Of a stretch of 37,250 bases of DNA, positions 1 through 8,739 are shown in pieces. The translations under genes were made by a program, and so were the position numbers. Source of the stretch: Candidatus Woesearchaeota archaeon. GTDB lineage: Archaea > Nanobdellota > Nanobdellia > SCGC-AAA011-G17 > ARS1403. Position 1 is the stretch's first letter. Each line of letters opens with the position of its first letter. Location of the stretch: assembly GCA_964372845.1 (NCBI GenBank), contig CAYJRS010000001.1, forward strand, positions 28,823 to 66,072. The letters run 5' to 3'. The notes below the pieces were generated by a model. It was not told where the DNA came from, searched no databases, and saw nothing but the letters and a program-made list of their open reading frames with translations.

Positions 1-440
1 GACATGTCTGCTTCTTGAGCCTGCGCATTTGTTGGATAATAGAAGAGAACCCACTTTTTCTTCAAGATTTCTTCTGAAATAGGATTTGTTATTTTTGATC
101 TTGATGCTATTTTTTTCGGATCTACATTTGTTAATTCTCTTGTGTTTGAAGGAGCCCCTATTGAGAAAAAAGCGTCGCTATGTTTTGTTTCATGCATTGT
201 AAGCTCAGGGAAATGCTCTAGTTGTTCCTGAGATGCATTATCATAATAAATTTTCGCCAATCCCGGAATTCCTATATTCACTCGAGGATATGCTCCTTTT
301 CGGATGCAGAGCTTATAGATTTCCTTAACTAACGGGGCTGCTTCTGGGGAGGCTTCTATTATAACTTTTTCCCCTTTTTTTATTTCATTTGAATATTCTA
401 CTAGAATTCTTGCTACTTCTTTTATTCTCGGATCTGGCAT
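1..440 (-). CDS. M29-family aminopeptidase (AmpS/PepS-like), N-terminal part; the gene runs off the left edge
   Basis: Absent from the ORF track because it is truncated. Manual reverse-strand translation from the ATG at 440..438 gives MPDPRIKEVARILVEYSNEIKKGEKVIIEASPEAAPLVKEIYKLCIRKGAYPRVNIG..., open to position 1. The N-terminal layout resembles M29 aminopeptidases from memory. Confidence 0.55.
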   Translation of the reverse strand, partial: MPDPRIKEVARILVEYSNEIKKGEKVIIEASPEAAPLVKEIYKLCIRKGAYPRVNIGIPGLAKIYYDNASQEQLEHFPELTMHETKHSDAFFSIGAPSNTRELTNVDPKKIASRSKITNPISEEILKKKWVLFYYPTNAQAQEADM

Positions 441-489
441 AAGCTTTTTGAAAGTAAAGGATTTAAAAGCCTTTGCGTTACAAATATGG

Positions 490-1014
490 ATGAGATGCTT
501 CATCGCAATTGAAATTCCTGAAAATATAAAATTGAAGTTTAAAGAATTGCGGAAACATTTTAACAATGATGTTGCCAGACTTAATTGGGTAGAAGATCCC
601 CACCTTACATTAAAATTCCTCGGAGAGATTAATGAATCTAAATTAGAGAAGGTGAAAAAATATTTGTCTGAAATTAAGTTCAAGCACTTTAGTTTAAAGC
701 TCGATAAAATAGGGGGTTTTCCCAAAGAGAGGGGATTTATAAGGGTTATTTGGATTGGAGTCACGCCTAAGAGGAGAATTGCTAAATTGAGGGAAGACAT
801 CGACGATGCACTAGTTTATTTGTTTGAAAGGGATAAAAAATTTGAGCCGCATATCACTATCGGAAGGGTTAAGGTAGTAAAAGATAAGGATAAATTTAGA
901 AAATTTTTTGAATTGCAAATCGAAGGTAGTTTTAAAGTTAATAGCTTTAAATTAATTAAAAGTGAGCTTACTGAAAGTGGGGCTAAATATGAAACCCTGG
1001 AGGAATATTCATAG
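490..1014 (+). CDS. ligT: RNA 2',3'-cyclic phosphodiesterase / 2'-5' RNA ligase (LigT, 2H phosphoesterase)
   Basis: Two HxTx motifs at the expected spacing (HLTLKFLGE and HITIGRV). I trimmed the start from the track's TTG at 448 to the ATG at 490 (MRCFIAIEIP). Confidence 0.8.
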   Translation: MRCFIAIEIPENIKLKFKELRKHFNNDVARLNWVEDPHLTLKFLGEINESKLEKVKKYLSEIKFKHFSLKLDKIGGFPKERGFIRVIWIGVTPKRRIAKLREDIDDALVYLFERDKKFEPHITIGRVKVVKDKDKFRKFFELQIEGSFKVNSFKLIKSELTESGAKYETLEEYS

Positions 1015-1050
1015 GAAAATTTATTAATCATTTTTTTATTGGTCGTAATA

Positions 1051-1140
1051 ATGAGATGCGAGAATTGCGGGAAAGAATTAAATGAGAAGGAGAATAAGTT
1101 ATGCAAGAGATGCATGAAGAGAATCCACAGACCTTTCTAA
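1051..1140 (+). CDS. 29-aa zinc-ribbon micro-protein (CxxC...CxxC)
   Basis: Manual translation gives MRCENCGKELNEKENKLCKRCMKRIHRPF*, below the ORF-track size cutoff. It has two CxxC pairs. The antisense 99-aa ORF 816..1115 looks like a shadow. Confidence 0.3.
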   Translation: MRCENCGKELNEKENKLCKRCMKRIHRPF

Positions 1141-1219
1141 GTATTAAAAATGATAGTTTTCAAGACTAGAAATCTTTATTAATAGTAGGAAGTATAAATT
1201 ATTTTTCAGATGATATGTG

Positions 1220-1594
1220 ATGCCTGAAAAATATTGTTCTATTTCACTGAAAAGTTTAGTCGATGAGGCTGTAAAATATGTTTTAGAAGGTAAGCGAACC
1301 CAAGGAAATTCTTTTATAGGTATTGTCTTTCAAGGCGATGGTAATGGGATTATAAATACGATAGCAAGAGACATTACTAGAAAACTTTTATCTCATGATC
1401 CTCCCTTACCCTCTCAATTTGATAATTTGTCTTTTGATGACGGGTTTAAAGATATAACATATTACTCTGATTTAGTGAGAGGACGTCCTAGAAAATGTTT
1501 TTTGGTTTATGATCCTAGAAAAAAGTTAATATCCGATGCTGGGAATGCTTATTTTATTAACTTAGATGGTTTTGATCTTTATCCTCCTGGCTAG
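1220..1594 (+). CDS. hypothetical protein
   Basis: Track ORF with the ATG one codon after the GTG at 1217. No motif recognised. It overlaps the 3' end of the nuclease gene convergently by 38 nt. Confidence 0.4.
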   Translation: MPEKYCSISLKSLVDEAVKYVLEGKRTQGNSFIGIVFQGDGNGIINTIARDITRKLLSHDPPLPSQFDNLSFDDGFKDITYYSDLVRGRPRKCFLVYDPRKKLISDAGNAYFINLDGFDLYPPG

Positions 1595-2249
1595 AATATT
1601 TTTTTTCAAATAACTTTTTTAGCTGACTTGCTTTTATTTTTCCTATTTTTTCTATCTGCATTAACTCTTCTTCTTTTGCATTCATTAAATCTTTAATCGT
1701 ACCGAATTTTTTTAATAATCGCTTCGATATTTGCGGGCCTACTCCTGGCAGAGACTCTATCAAGAACTCTTGCTGTTGCTTTACTGTTAATGGTTTTCTT
1801 TTTTTTAGTAAGCTTGGCAACGATCTTGGTTTCTCCAATCTTTTTGCTATTATTGCCAGCAAGTTAGCTGTATCACGATGATTTCTTGTGTACAGAATCG
1901 GTGTTTGGAAGTCTATAGCTATCGATGCCAACATGCCTCTGATTGAATTTGGATGGAAATTTCTTAATTCGTATATGTTATCTGTACCTTCTATTATTAA
2001 TAATGGAATATCAAAATTTTTTTTGAGGTCTATGATTTGATTTATTAATCTCTTATCTATAATTGAATTTAAGAAATCATTAATGGTTTTTTTCTCAATA
2101 CCAACGGTTAGAATATTATTGTTAAGGTCTTTTGTCTTTATAATGAAATCGGCATATGTTAACTGCTTTTCTATTACCTCTACTCCCTGCTTTAGTAACT
2201 CTTTCTTAATGCCCGAGCTTCTTTCTCTGTGATCCAATAGGATTTTCAT
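1557..2249 (-). CDS. XPF/Hef-type ERCC4 nuclease with C-terminal (HhH)2 domain
   Basis: ERCC4 core motifs are YADFII ... GIEKKTINDFLNSIIDKRL, a variant of GDXn-ERKX3D. The C-terminal HhH is LPGVGPQISKRLLKKFGT ... IEKIGKIKA. Confidence 0.85.
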   Translation of the reverse strand: MKILLDHRERSSGIKKELLKQGVEVIEKQLTYADFIIKTKDLNNNILTVGIEKKTINDFLNSIIDKRLINQIIDLKKNFDIPLLIIEGTDNIYELRNFHPNSIRGMLASIAIDFQTPILYTRNHRDTANLLAIIAKRLEKPRSLPSLLKKRKPLTVKQQQEFLIESLPGVGPQISKRLLKKFGTIKDLMNAKEEELMQIEKIGKIKASQLKKLFEKKYSSQEDKDQNHLS

Positions 2250-2282
2250 AAGATTTTTATATTAGGATTGTTTAAGAATGTT

Positions 2283-2519
2283 ATGCTATTTTTTTTATTT
2301 GGAGACAAATCTCAAAGTAGTAAGAAGAAATTAACTTTTACAATAAAACCTAATGAGCTTGAAGACCTGGCCAATGTCGCTGATGCTCTTAAAGGGAAAC
2401 TTGATGCTCTCGGTGAAAGAAAAAAGATTGATGTGAGAGATAAGGATGTGAGAGACTTCTGTGTTACATATAATAATCTTCGTAAACGCATAGATCTATT
2501 GGCTAAGAAATCAATTTAG
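2283..2519 (+). CDS. hypothetical small protein in the gap between the Hef nuclease and helicase genes
   Basis: Track ORF 2268..2519 has a TTG start; the first ATG is at 2283. It is charged and helical-looking, with no motif. It overlaps the helicase 3' end convergently. Confidence 0.3.
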   Translation: MLFFLFGDKSQSSKKKLTFTIKPNELEDLANVADALKGKLDALGERKKIDVRDKDVRDFCVTYNNLRKRIDLLAKKSI

Positions 2520-4002
2520 CTTGCGTTTCTTTCTGCATTACTTGCAATGTTTTTTTCATGGTTTTTTCTTTATGATAAGCTGACCACTTGTATCCTTGTT
2601 CGCGAGTATTGTTTGTAACTAAGAAAATTATTTTTCCTGCTTGTATTCTTCCAACTCTTCCCTTTCTCTGGATTGTCCTTATTTCACTTGGTACTATGTC
2701 ATAGAAAATTGCTAACTCTGCTCCTGTTGTCTTTATATCTAAGCCTTCTTCTAAAATAGAGGTTCCGATCAGGGCATTATACTTTCCTTCTTCAAAATTT
2801 CTTATTGTTGAGATTTGTTCTTTTTGAGTTAATCCAGATTTCTGGCCGATAAGCTTTGTTGCCCTTATTTTATTTTCTTTATTGAGAAAATCTAAAATTT
2901 CTTCTATTGTGTTCCTATAATTTGCGAATATTATAAATTTTGCATCTGGATTTTGCACTAATTCTTTTCTTATTATCCCCCTGAGCATGTAAAGTTTAGG
3001 ATGCTTTATGTTTTTGCTTATTAATGAGGACGTTAACGAGATTGCGTTTTGTATTTCTTCCATCTTTAGTATGGATTTTGCTGCCTTTGTTTCTTCATGC
3101 TGAAGCTTGTTCCAGAATTCCTGAAGCGGGAGAAGGCCTTGGGTTTCTAAAAGCTCTATCGCGTAATCGATTTTTATTAATAATGCTGTCAATGAAATTC
3201 CGTAGAACGTCGATGGATTTTTTTGGCTAAGATTTTTTCTTAATTGCTGTTGCAAAATTAATAAATCTCTTTTCGTTATCAATGAAACCGGCTTAGTAAA
3301 TCCGATTTTTTTCAAGTCATTTATCTTATTTTTGAATGCTGATTTTATCAAGGATTGGATTTGCTTTAGCTCAGGAGGGAGCTCAACTTCAAGCCAGACT
3401 GCTTTTTTTTCCTGCATGTGCTCTTTGATGTCTTCTTCTGTCCTGATCTCTACTGCTCCTATATGCAAATTAGATTTAATTTCTTCTATTTTTGTTTTTG
3501 TTCCGCCAGGCGATGCTGTCAATGCCAAGATTAATGGAGACGATGATTCTCTAATGTATTTTTCTGCCAGAAAATTGTATGCATAATTGCCGATTGCTCT
3601 GTGCGCTTCATCTACTGCAAGCAATGAAAAATCCTCGAATGAAAATCTGTTATTTTCTATATCCTCTTTCAATGTTTGAGGCGTTGCGATAATAACCCTT
3701 TTTTTATAAAGCTCTTTTCTCTCTTCTGGCTTTGTTAATCCTGTAACCAAAACTATTTCTTCAGTCGGAATCGTTGTGTAATTACTGAATGTTTTTACAT
3801 GCTGGGCATTTAATGGCTTCGTCGGTGATACAATTGCCGCTTTTGAATCTTTAATACTGTTTAACCTATGAACTGTTAGTAGAATAATATTAATTGTTTT
3901 TCCAGTTCCTGTTGGCAGGCAAACCAATGTAGAATTATTCTTCGTTGTTTCAAATATCTCTTTCTGGTAGCTTCTTGGAGTGAAGTTCTTTGTCGAATAC
4001 AT
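2503..4002 (-). CDS. Hef/FANCM-like superfamily-2 helicase (ERCC4-related helicase), without a nuclease domain
   Basis: Motif I is LPTGTGKT, motif II DEAH, motif III TASPG and motif VI QRKGRVGR. An insertion domain lies between the two RecA lobes, as in Hef. Confidence 0.85.
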   Translation of the reverse strand: MYSTKNFTPRSYQKEIFETTKNNSTLVCLPTGTGKTINIILLTVHRLNSIKDSKAAIVSPTKPLNAQHVKTFSNYTTIPTEEIVLVTGLTKPEERKELYKKRVIIATPQTLKEDIENNRFSFEDFSLLAVDEAHRAIGNYAYNFLAEKYIRESSSPLILALTASPGGTKTKIEEIKSNLHIGAVEIRTEEDIKEHMQEKKAVWLEVELPPELKQIQSLIKSAFKNKINDLKKIGFTKPVSLITKRDLLILQQQLRKNLSQKNPSTFYGISLTALLIKIDYAIELLETQGLLPLQEFWNKLQHEETKAAKSILKMEEIQNAISLTSSLISKNIKHPKLYMLRGIIRKELVQNPDAKFIIFANYRNTIEEILDFLNKENKIRATKLIGQKSGLTQKEQISTIRNFEEGKYNALIGTSILEEGLDIKTTGAELAIFYDIVPSEIRTIQRKGRVGRIQAGKIIFLVTNNTREQGYKWSAYHKEKTMKKTLQVMQKETQAKLIS

Positions 4003-4051
4003 GTTTTTACTAAAAGGATAAGATTTTAAATATGTTTTCTAAAAAAGCGCT

Positions 4052-4315
4052 ATGCTGAAATTACTCGGATTTTTGGATTTAGCTGCAGCTGTGTTTCTTG
4101 TGCTGGCGCAATGGGATATTGGTTTGGGAATTGCTAGTGTGCTTGCTGGCTACATCATTGTCAAATCACTTTTATTTATTGGAGATTGGGCAAGCGCTGT
4201 CGACTTGCTATCTGGAATTTATATGATGCTTGTGATTTATAATATTCATTCTGCATTCTCTTTAATATTTGTTATTTGGCTGTTGCAGAAGAGTTTTTTT
4301 AGTTTGCTGTTTTAA
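4052..4315 (+). CDS. small integral membrane protein (about 3 TM)
   Basis: Hydrophobic 87-aa ORF with no recognisable family. Confidence 0.45.
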   Translation: MLKLLGFLDLAAAVFLVLAQWDIGLGIASVLAGYIIVKSLLFIGDWASAVDLLSGIYMMLVIYNIHSAFSLIFVIWLLQKSFFSLLF

Positions 4316-4333
4316 TTTTTCTATTTTTTATTT

Positions 4334-5065
4334 TTAAGTTGCTATTTTATATAGATAGATTATGCCTATTGCTATTGAGAATATTAATGCTAGAATCACT
4401 GTTTGGATTACTGATAAATGGAAGATTAGAATTATGAATGCAACTATGAAGATTAAACCTGTTATGTAAAGCGGCCTGCTGCCGAAGAGAACTTTTATTC
4501 CATCTACTTGCGGTAGAGGGAGCATGTGATAGATTGCAATTACCGAAGTGATGAACATTGCCTTGTTGAATATCAATGAAAGGGGCATGAGCAGTTTGAA
4601 AATTACTAGCAGTATTATTTGTGATAGAGGGCCTGCCAATGCTATCTGAGCTTCTTCGAATTCCTTTATGTTTGCCCACTGTCTTCCGATTCTGAATTCT
4701 TTTTGCGGAATGTGCTCATATGAATTCAATATCAGGAAAATAAACCTCCCATTTGATATTAATGTTAACAGCAATGATATTATCGGGCCTATTGGTATTG
4801 AAAATATTTTTTTTGTTTCCTTGATTCTTTTCTGTATTTCTATTAATGTGAACTCTATTCTGTATTCGTAATGATCTGCCACTAATTTTTGAGCGAATGA
4901 ATGCAAGAAATAAATTACGATGCAGAAAATGAAAGCTATGAGCAAATTTTTAATTCCAATAAGCGCATTGAATCTTTCCGCCCCCCACTCATTAAAACTA
5001 AATATGAAAGCTGCTATTAAAGCTACAATAAAAATATACTTCACTTCTTTTTTTGTAAATTCCAT
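4334..5065 (-). CDS. M50 (site-2 protease)-like polytopic membrane protein with a degenerate HExxH
   Basis: MLPLPQVDGIKVLFG resembles the M50 NxxPxxxLDG motif. The position expected for HExxH reads LHSFAQKLVADHY. It overlaps the upstream TraB gene by 25 nt. Confidence 0.45.
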   Translation of the reverse strand: MEFTKKEVKYIFIVALIAAFIFSFNEWGAERFNALIGIKNLLIAFIFCIVIYFLHSFAQKLVADHYEYRIEFTLIEIQKRIKETKKIFSIPIGPIISLLLTLISNGRFIFLILNSYEHIPQKEFRIGRQWANIKEFEEAQIALAGPLSQIILLVIFKLLMPLSLIFNKAMFITSVIAIYHMLPLPQVDGIKVLFGSRPLYITGLIFIVAFIILIFHLSVIQTVILALIFSIAIGIIYLYKIAT

Positions 5066-5706
5066 TTTATTATTTTTTCCATCCCTGAAACATGGCCTGC
5101 TCCTACAACTGCCAGCACTCTTTTGTTTTCGTGCATCAGCTTAATTAATCTTGCGGCCATTATTTTATTTCTTTCTTCTATTAACACTTCATATATTGAG
5201 GGATAATCTTTTTTAACCTGTAATGTCAGCTGGTTTATAAGTTTTTGTTCCGGAACCTTTCTTAGATCTATTTTTATTTTTCTTGCTGAGAATGGTGCGA
5301 TGACTATATTTTTTATGAGCCTCAACTTTTCCCTCGATGAAAATTTTTCTTTTAAATTTTTTAATGTTACTGCTATGTCTTGATCTATCAACGCTATTTT
5401 TATGTTGTACTCTTTTGCAAGATAAATTGCTTTCTTCATCTCTGCTCCTGGCATGACTCCAACTTTTTTTCCTAAATAGCGCTCTAGATAAGAACCAATA
5501 AGATTTATTAAGAAGCCTTTCTGCCCTATATCTGAGAGCTTTAGCCTATATCTTGCCTTTGAAGTGAGCCTTTTGAACCTTTTTAAATCAAGCTCTAAAG
5601 CTATTATATCTGGTTTTAGCTGATGAATAGCTTTTGCCACTTCCTCGATGCTTTCTACTGATATATGAGATGTTCCTATAATTATGAGGTTTTGAATAGT
5701 ATGCAT
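5041..5706 (-). CDS. TraB/PrgY (Tiki-superfamily) protein
   Basis: Family motifs present are IIGTSHISVESIEEV, IALELDLKR, MPGAEMKKA and VVGAGHVSGM. Confidence 0.8.
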   Translation of the reverse strand: MHTIQNLIIIGTSHISVESIEEVAKAIHQLKPDIIALELDLKRFKRLTSKARYRLKLSDIGQKGFLINLIGSYLERYLGKKVGVMPGAEMKKAIYLAKEYNIKIALIDQDIAVTLKNLKEKFSSREKLRLIKNIVIAPFSARKIKIDLRKVPEQKLINQLTLQVKKDYPSIYEVLIEERNKIMAARLIKLMHENKRVLAVVGAGHVSGMEKIIKWNLQKKK

Positions 5707-5750
5707 GCATTATAGAAAAATATTTATACTTTAAATATTTCGTGTTGTGC

Positions 5751-6053
5751 ATGCTAAGAACCAAAAGGATAACTGAAACCTACGATATGAAGGTGTTTAC
5801 TGATCAAGGGGAGTATTTTGGCGACGTGGAAGAATGTGTTATGACCCTTAGCAAGACCTTTGGGTGGAGAGTTAAGGCTACTCGGGGAGGAAGCTTGTCT
5901 AGAGTATTGGGGAGTGCTAAAGGGGTAATTGTCCCTCATCAGCTAGTAAAGGCTATTGGCGACATCTTCATCATAAACAAGGCTGCTATCCCAAGCTTTA
6001 GTGAAGAAGAGGGAGAGGAAGGGGAGAGAGAAGAGGTAAGGGCAGAGGCTTAA
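5751..6053 (+). CDS. PRC-barrel domain protein with acidic tail
   Basis: The pattern MKVFTDQGEYFGDVEEC ... KGVIVPHQLVKAIGDIFII is typical of archaeal PRC barrels. The ATG at 5751 is preferred over the GTG at 5742. A TATA-like tatttatactttaaata lies just upstream. Confidence 0.65.
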   Translation: MLRTKRITETYDMKVFTDQGEYFGDVEECVMTLSKTFGWRVKATRGGSLSRVLGSAKGVIVPHQLVKAIGDIFIINKAAIPSFSEEEGEEGEREEVRAEA

Positions 6054-6093
6054 AAACACAATATTTAAATAAGAAATTAACTTTTTTCTTTTT

Positions 6094-6651
6094 ATGTCTG
6101 TATTGAGTAATGCTCTAGATTTTTTGAGAGAATTTGGGATATTCGATGTTATACTGCCATTTCTTCTGGTCTTTGCTGTTGTCTTCGGAATTTTAGAGAA
6201 AACCAGAATACTAGGAGAGGAGAGTATCGGAAAGATAACTTATCCTAGAAAGAATTTGAATGCGATTGTTGCATTCGTTCTTGCGATGCTTGTCGTCGCT
6301 GCAACTAAAATCGTTGGAGTGATAAATGCTGCTTTGCCTCAGATAAGCTTATTGATCATTGTTGCCCTTTCCTTCTTGCTGATGATAGGGATATTTATGA
6401 AGCCTGATAATACGCTGTATGACAAATTAAATAAGGGATGGCTGACGTTTTTAATGATAATCATGTTCATTGCAGTTATACTTATTTTCTTAAGTGTAAT
6501 TCCTGCAAATGAAAATCAGAGCTGGTTGGGATTTGCTTTTGATTTCGTAATCGAGTTTTGGAGCGGAACCCTCGTAGCTACAATTATTTTGCTTGCGGTT
6601 GTAATATGGGCGATACTTTACATAACTAATCCCCCTAAAGAAAAAGAATAG
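6094..6651 (+). CDS. membrane protein, paralog 1 of a tandem triplet
   Basis: The N-terminal motif FGIFDVILPFLLVFAVVFGILEKTRILGE is shared with the next two ORFs. About 4-5 TM segments. Confidence 0.6.
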   Translation: MSVLSNALDFLREFGIFDVILPFLLVFAVVFGILEKTRILGEESIGKITYPRKNLNAIVAFVLAMLVVAATKIVGVINAALPQISLLIIVALSFLLMIGIFMKPDNTLYDKLNKGWLTFLMIIMFIAVILIFLSVIPANENQSWLGFAFDFVIEFWSGTLVATIILLAVVIWAILYITNPPKEKE

Positions 6652-6695
6652 ATTTATAAAAAAGATAAATATGCTAACTTGAAAGGTGATATTGA

Positions 6696-7268
6696 ATGGC
6701 TTTATTTGAGAACGTTGATTTCAATGATGTAGTTGAGGGCTTTGCCGACGTCGGCGGCTTTGATGTTGTTCTGCCATTTATTCTTGTCTTTGCTGTTACT
6801 TTTGCTGTGCTGAGAAAAATTAAATTATTTGGCGAGAATAAAAACGTTGATGCCATCGTAAGTTTAATCTTAGCTGCGTTCTTGGTTTCTGCTACAGACT
6901 TAGTTGATATCTTGGTTGGATTTTTACCGAGAGTGTCGATGATTGTTTTAGTGTTGTTAATGTTGATTTTAGTTGTTGGAATATTCTCAGGAGAATCTAA
7001 ATGGGGGGGAGGCTGGCTGTTTTGGGGTGCTGTTGTAGGTATTGCAGCTGTATTATGGGCTCTTGGCGCCGCTGCTGACTGGGAAGTTCCTCTTGTGGAG
7101 GAGATAACTGAGCAGGATATTGGAACTTTAATTGTGATTGGCGTCTTTGTTTTAGTCATATGGCTGATTGTCAGAGAACCAGGTGGTAAAGAAGGGAAGA
7201 GCCTTGGCAATCGCTTTGAGAGTTTAGTGAGCGGTTTGACTGGCGGTGGCGGAAAGAAAAGTCCCTGA
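6696..7268 (+). CDS. membrane protein, paralog 2 of a tandem triplet
   Basis: Carries GGFDVVLPFILVFAVTFAVLRKIKLFGE and the same TM layout. An SD-like aaaggtga sits 7 nt upstream. Confidence 0.6.
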   Translation: MALFENVDFNDVVEGFADVGGFDVVLPFILVFAVTFAVLRKIKLFGENKNVDAIVSLILAAFLVSATDLVDILVGFLPRVSMIVLVLLMLILVVGIFSGESKWGGGWLFWGAVVGIAAVLWALGAAADWEVPLVEEITEQDIGTLIVIGVFVLVIWLIVREPGGKEGKSLGNRFESLVSGLTGGGGKKSP

Positions 7269-7270
7269 AG

Positions 7271-7798
7271 ATGGTAAGTCTTATTGATTCTGGATTGGGA
7301 GATTTCTTAATACCTATTTTTATTTTTATTTTGATTTATGCTGTTATTTTTGCTGTGCTGAGGAAGACAAAAATACTTGGCGACGATGTAAATATTAACG
7401 CTGTTGTTGCATTTGTGCTGGCTGCTTTATTTGCTGTTGTGCCTGGTGCGATGAAATTTGTTTCTATTATAGCCCCCTGGTTTGTTATGCTAGTTATAAT
7501 TGCTTTCTCCCTTTTATTGGTGTTCATGTTTGGAGGGTTGAAGACTGAAAAGATCGAGCAGATTTTCAGGAATTCCACTGTTGTCTGGACGATTTTGATG
7601 ATTTCTATTATAATTGTTATGGGGGGATTGACTGCTGTTTATGGACCTATTTTCGTCGGTGGAGGGCCAAGCGGCGAGGGAGCTGGAGCTTCTGTACAAA
7701 AAGCTGTTTTCAATATTAAAGTTTTAACTACAGTAGTTATTCTGATAATATTTGCATTTGCTGTAAGATTATTGAGCTTTGAAAGCTTGCGAGACTAA
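7271..7798 (+). CDS. membrane protein, paralog 3 of a tandem triplet
   Basis: Carries LGDFLIPIFIFILIYAVIFAVLRKTKILGD and the same TM layout. It starts 2 nt after the stop of paralog 2. Confidence 0.6.
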   Translation: MVSLIDSGLGDFLIPIFIFILIYAVIFAVLRKTKILGDDVNINAVVAFVLAALFAVVPGAMKFVSIIAPWFVMLVIIAFSLLLVFMFGGLKTEKIEQIFRNSTVVWTILMISIIIVMGGLTAVYGPIFVGGGPSGEGAGASVQKAVFNIKVLTTVVILIIFAFAVRLLSFESLRD

Positions 7799-7805
7799 TT
7801 ATTTA

Positions 7806-8411
7806 TTATTTTTTTAACCTGTCTGTGATCCTTGAGAGCTCTTTTACGTTTTCTGTCAATGGCTGTAGGATTTTTTCCAGAACTTTTGAAAGCGTTTTTA
7901 CTTCTATGTTAACGTCGGCAATAGATTTCCTGTAGTCCTCAACTTTTCCTAGCATTGTGGTTTGCAAATTTTCTAAGTGGTTTCTTATGCGAAGAATTTC
8001 CTGCTTTATTGCTTCTATCTCTGTTGCGGTTTTTTCTTTCCATAAGCTAAAGTCGTTGATATTAACGCTGAGCTCGTCGATTTTTTCGCTTATTATTGAC
8101 TCTGCTATTTCCTCTATTTCCTCTATGCTCTGCCTCTCCGGGATCCTTGAAGGCGCTGGAAACTTTTGCGATGAGATAAAATCCCTTACTTCTGATTTTG
8201 GAGAATAACTCTCTTCGTCGAAAGCCTGCTCGGATTCCATCTCTTCCGAAGGGGTGGGAGGGGATAATTCATCGAGAGAACTTTCTTGATTCGATATCGC
8301 GTCGTAAATATCTTGAGCTGAATGACCCTCTTTTTTCAGCCTTTCAATTATTGAGCTGTTCGGGCTTCCTGCTTTTTTTAATTCACTTATCTTTGCTTGG
8401 AGATTTGGCAT
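7806..8411 (-). CDS. coiled-coil protein with an acidic, low-complexity middle
   Basis: Heptad-like C-terminal half (EIEAIKQEILRIRNHLENLQ...). It is the downstream partner of 8383..8739 with a 29-nt overlap. Confidence 0.5.
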   Translation of the reverse strand: MPNLQAKISELKKAGSPNSSIIERLKKEGHSAQDIYDAISNQESSLDELSPPTPSEEMESEQAFDEESYSPKSEVRDFISSQKFPAPSRIPERQSIEEIEEIAESIISEKIDELSVNINDFSLWKEKTATEIEAIKQEILRIRNHLENLQTTMLGKVEDYRKSIADVNIEVKTLSKVLEKILQPLTENVKELSRITDRLKK

Positions 8412-8739
8412 TTTCTTTTATTAATGATAAAACTTCTTTTTCTGTTGCAAAGTTTAACGGGTTCCATGTGTTAATATATCTTTCTAAAACCTTCAACTCT
8501 TGAGAGCTGGCGAAAGAGCCCATTTCCTTTATCACATCTTTTAATGTTTCTCTCAGCTTGAACAGTTCATTCTTCATTAGCCTTAATTCTGAGTTGAGGT
8601 CCTTTATCTGCTCTGACATCTTCCTGAACTCATCAATTACATTGCTGTCTGTTACTGCTAGTCTTTCTCTTAGATTTGCAATTCTTGCTTCATTTATTCT
8701 TAATCTTCCTATTAGTTCTGTTCCTATTATTTCTGGCAT
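8383..8739 (-). CDS. coiled-coil protein
   Basis: 118-aa heptad-rich ORF, divergently transcribed from the pilus ATPase across a 60-bp AT-rich spacer. Confidence 0.5.
   Translation of the reverse strand: MPEIIGTELIGRLRINEARIANLRERLAVTDSNVIDEFRKMSEQIKDLNSELRLMKNELFKLRETLKDVIKEMGSFASSQELKVLERYINTWNPLNFATEKEVLSLIKENAKSPSKDK

Noticed and set aside
448-489. Long alternative-start extensions in the ORF track (448, 5742, 13264, 18350, 18587, 29351)
   Set aside because: In each case a downstream ATG coincides with the start of the conserved domain or the MNKKG leader. The extension also runs into promoter or operator sequence or adds an implausible hydrophobic peptide.
816-1115. 99-aa minus-strand ORF spanning the LigT 3' end and the spacer
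   Set aside because: It overlaps LigT antisense and has a low-complexity sequence. The plus-strand 29-aa CxxC micro-ORF explains the spacer better, although that ORF is itself uncertain.
2250-2502. Possibility that the Hef helicase-nuclease spacer is a frameshifted remnant, making Hef a pseudogene
   Set aside because: The helicase has a clean stop after motif VI plus a tail. The nuclease has its own ATG directly at the start of the ERCC4 domain (MKILLDHRE). I saw no residual Hef-linker-like coding signal in the spacer, but this cannot be excluded without an alignment.
3024-3586. Plus-strand ORFs 3024..3230 and 3332..3586 inside the helicase gene
   Set aside because: They are shadow ORFs opposite a helicase gene with all SF2 motifs intact.
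6674-7210. 178-aa ORF antisense to membrane paralog 2. Similar long antisense ORFs occur at 21478..21879, 34030..34542, 34691..35167, 35743..36126 and 36723..37142.
   Set aside because: They lie entirely within stronger sense-strand genes that have recognisable motifs or paralogs. Their compositions are low-complexity (Ser/Pro/Thr/Leu-rich), as expected for shadow frames.
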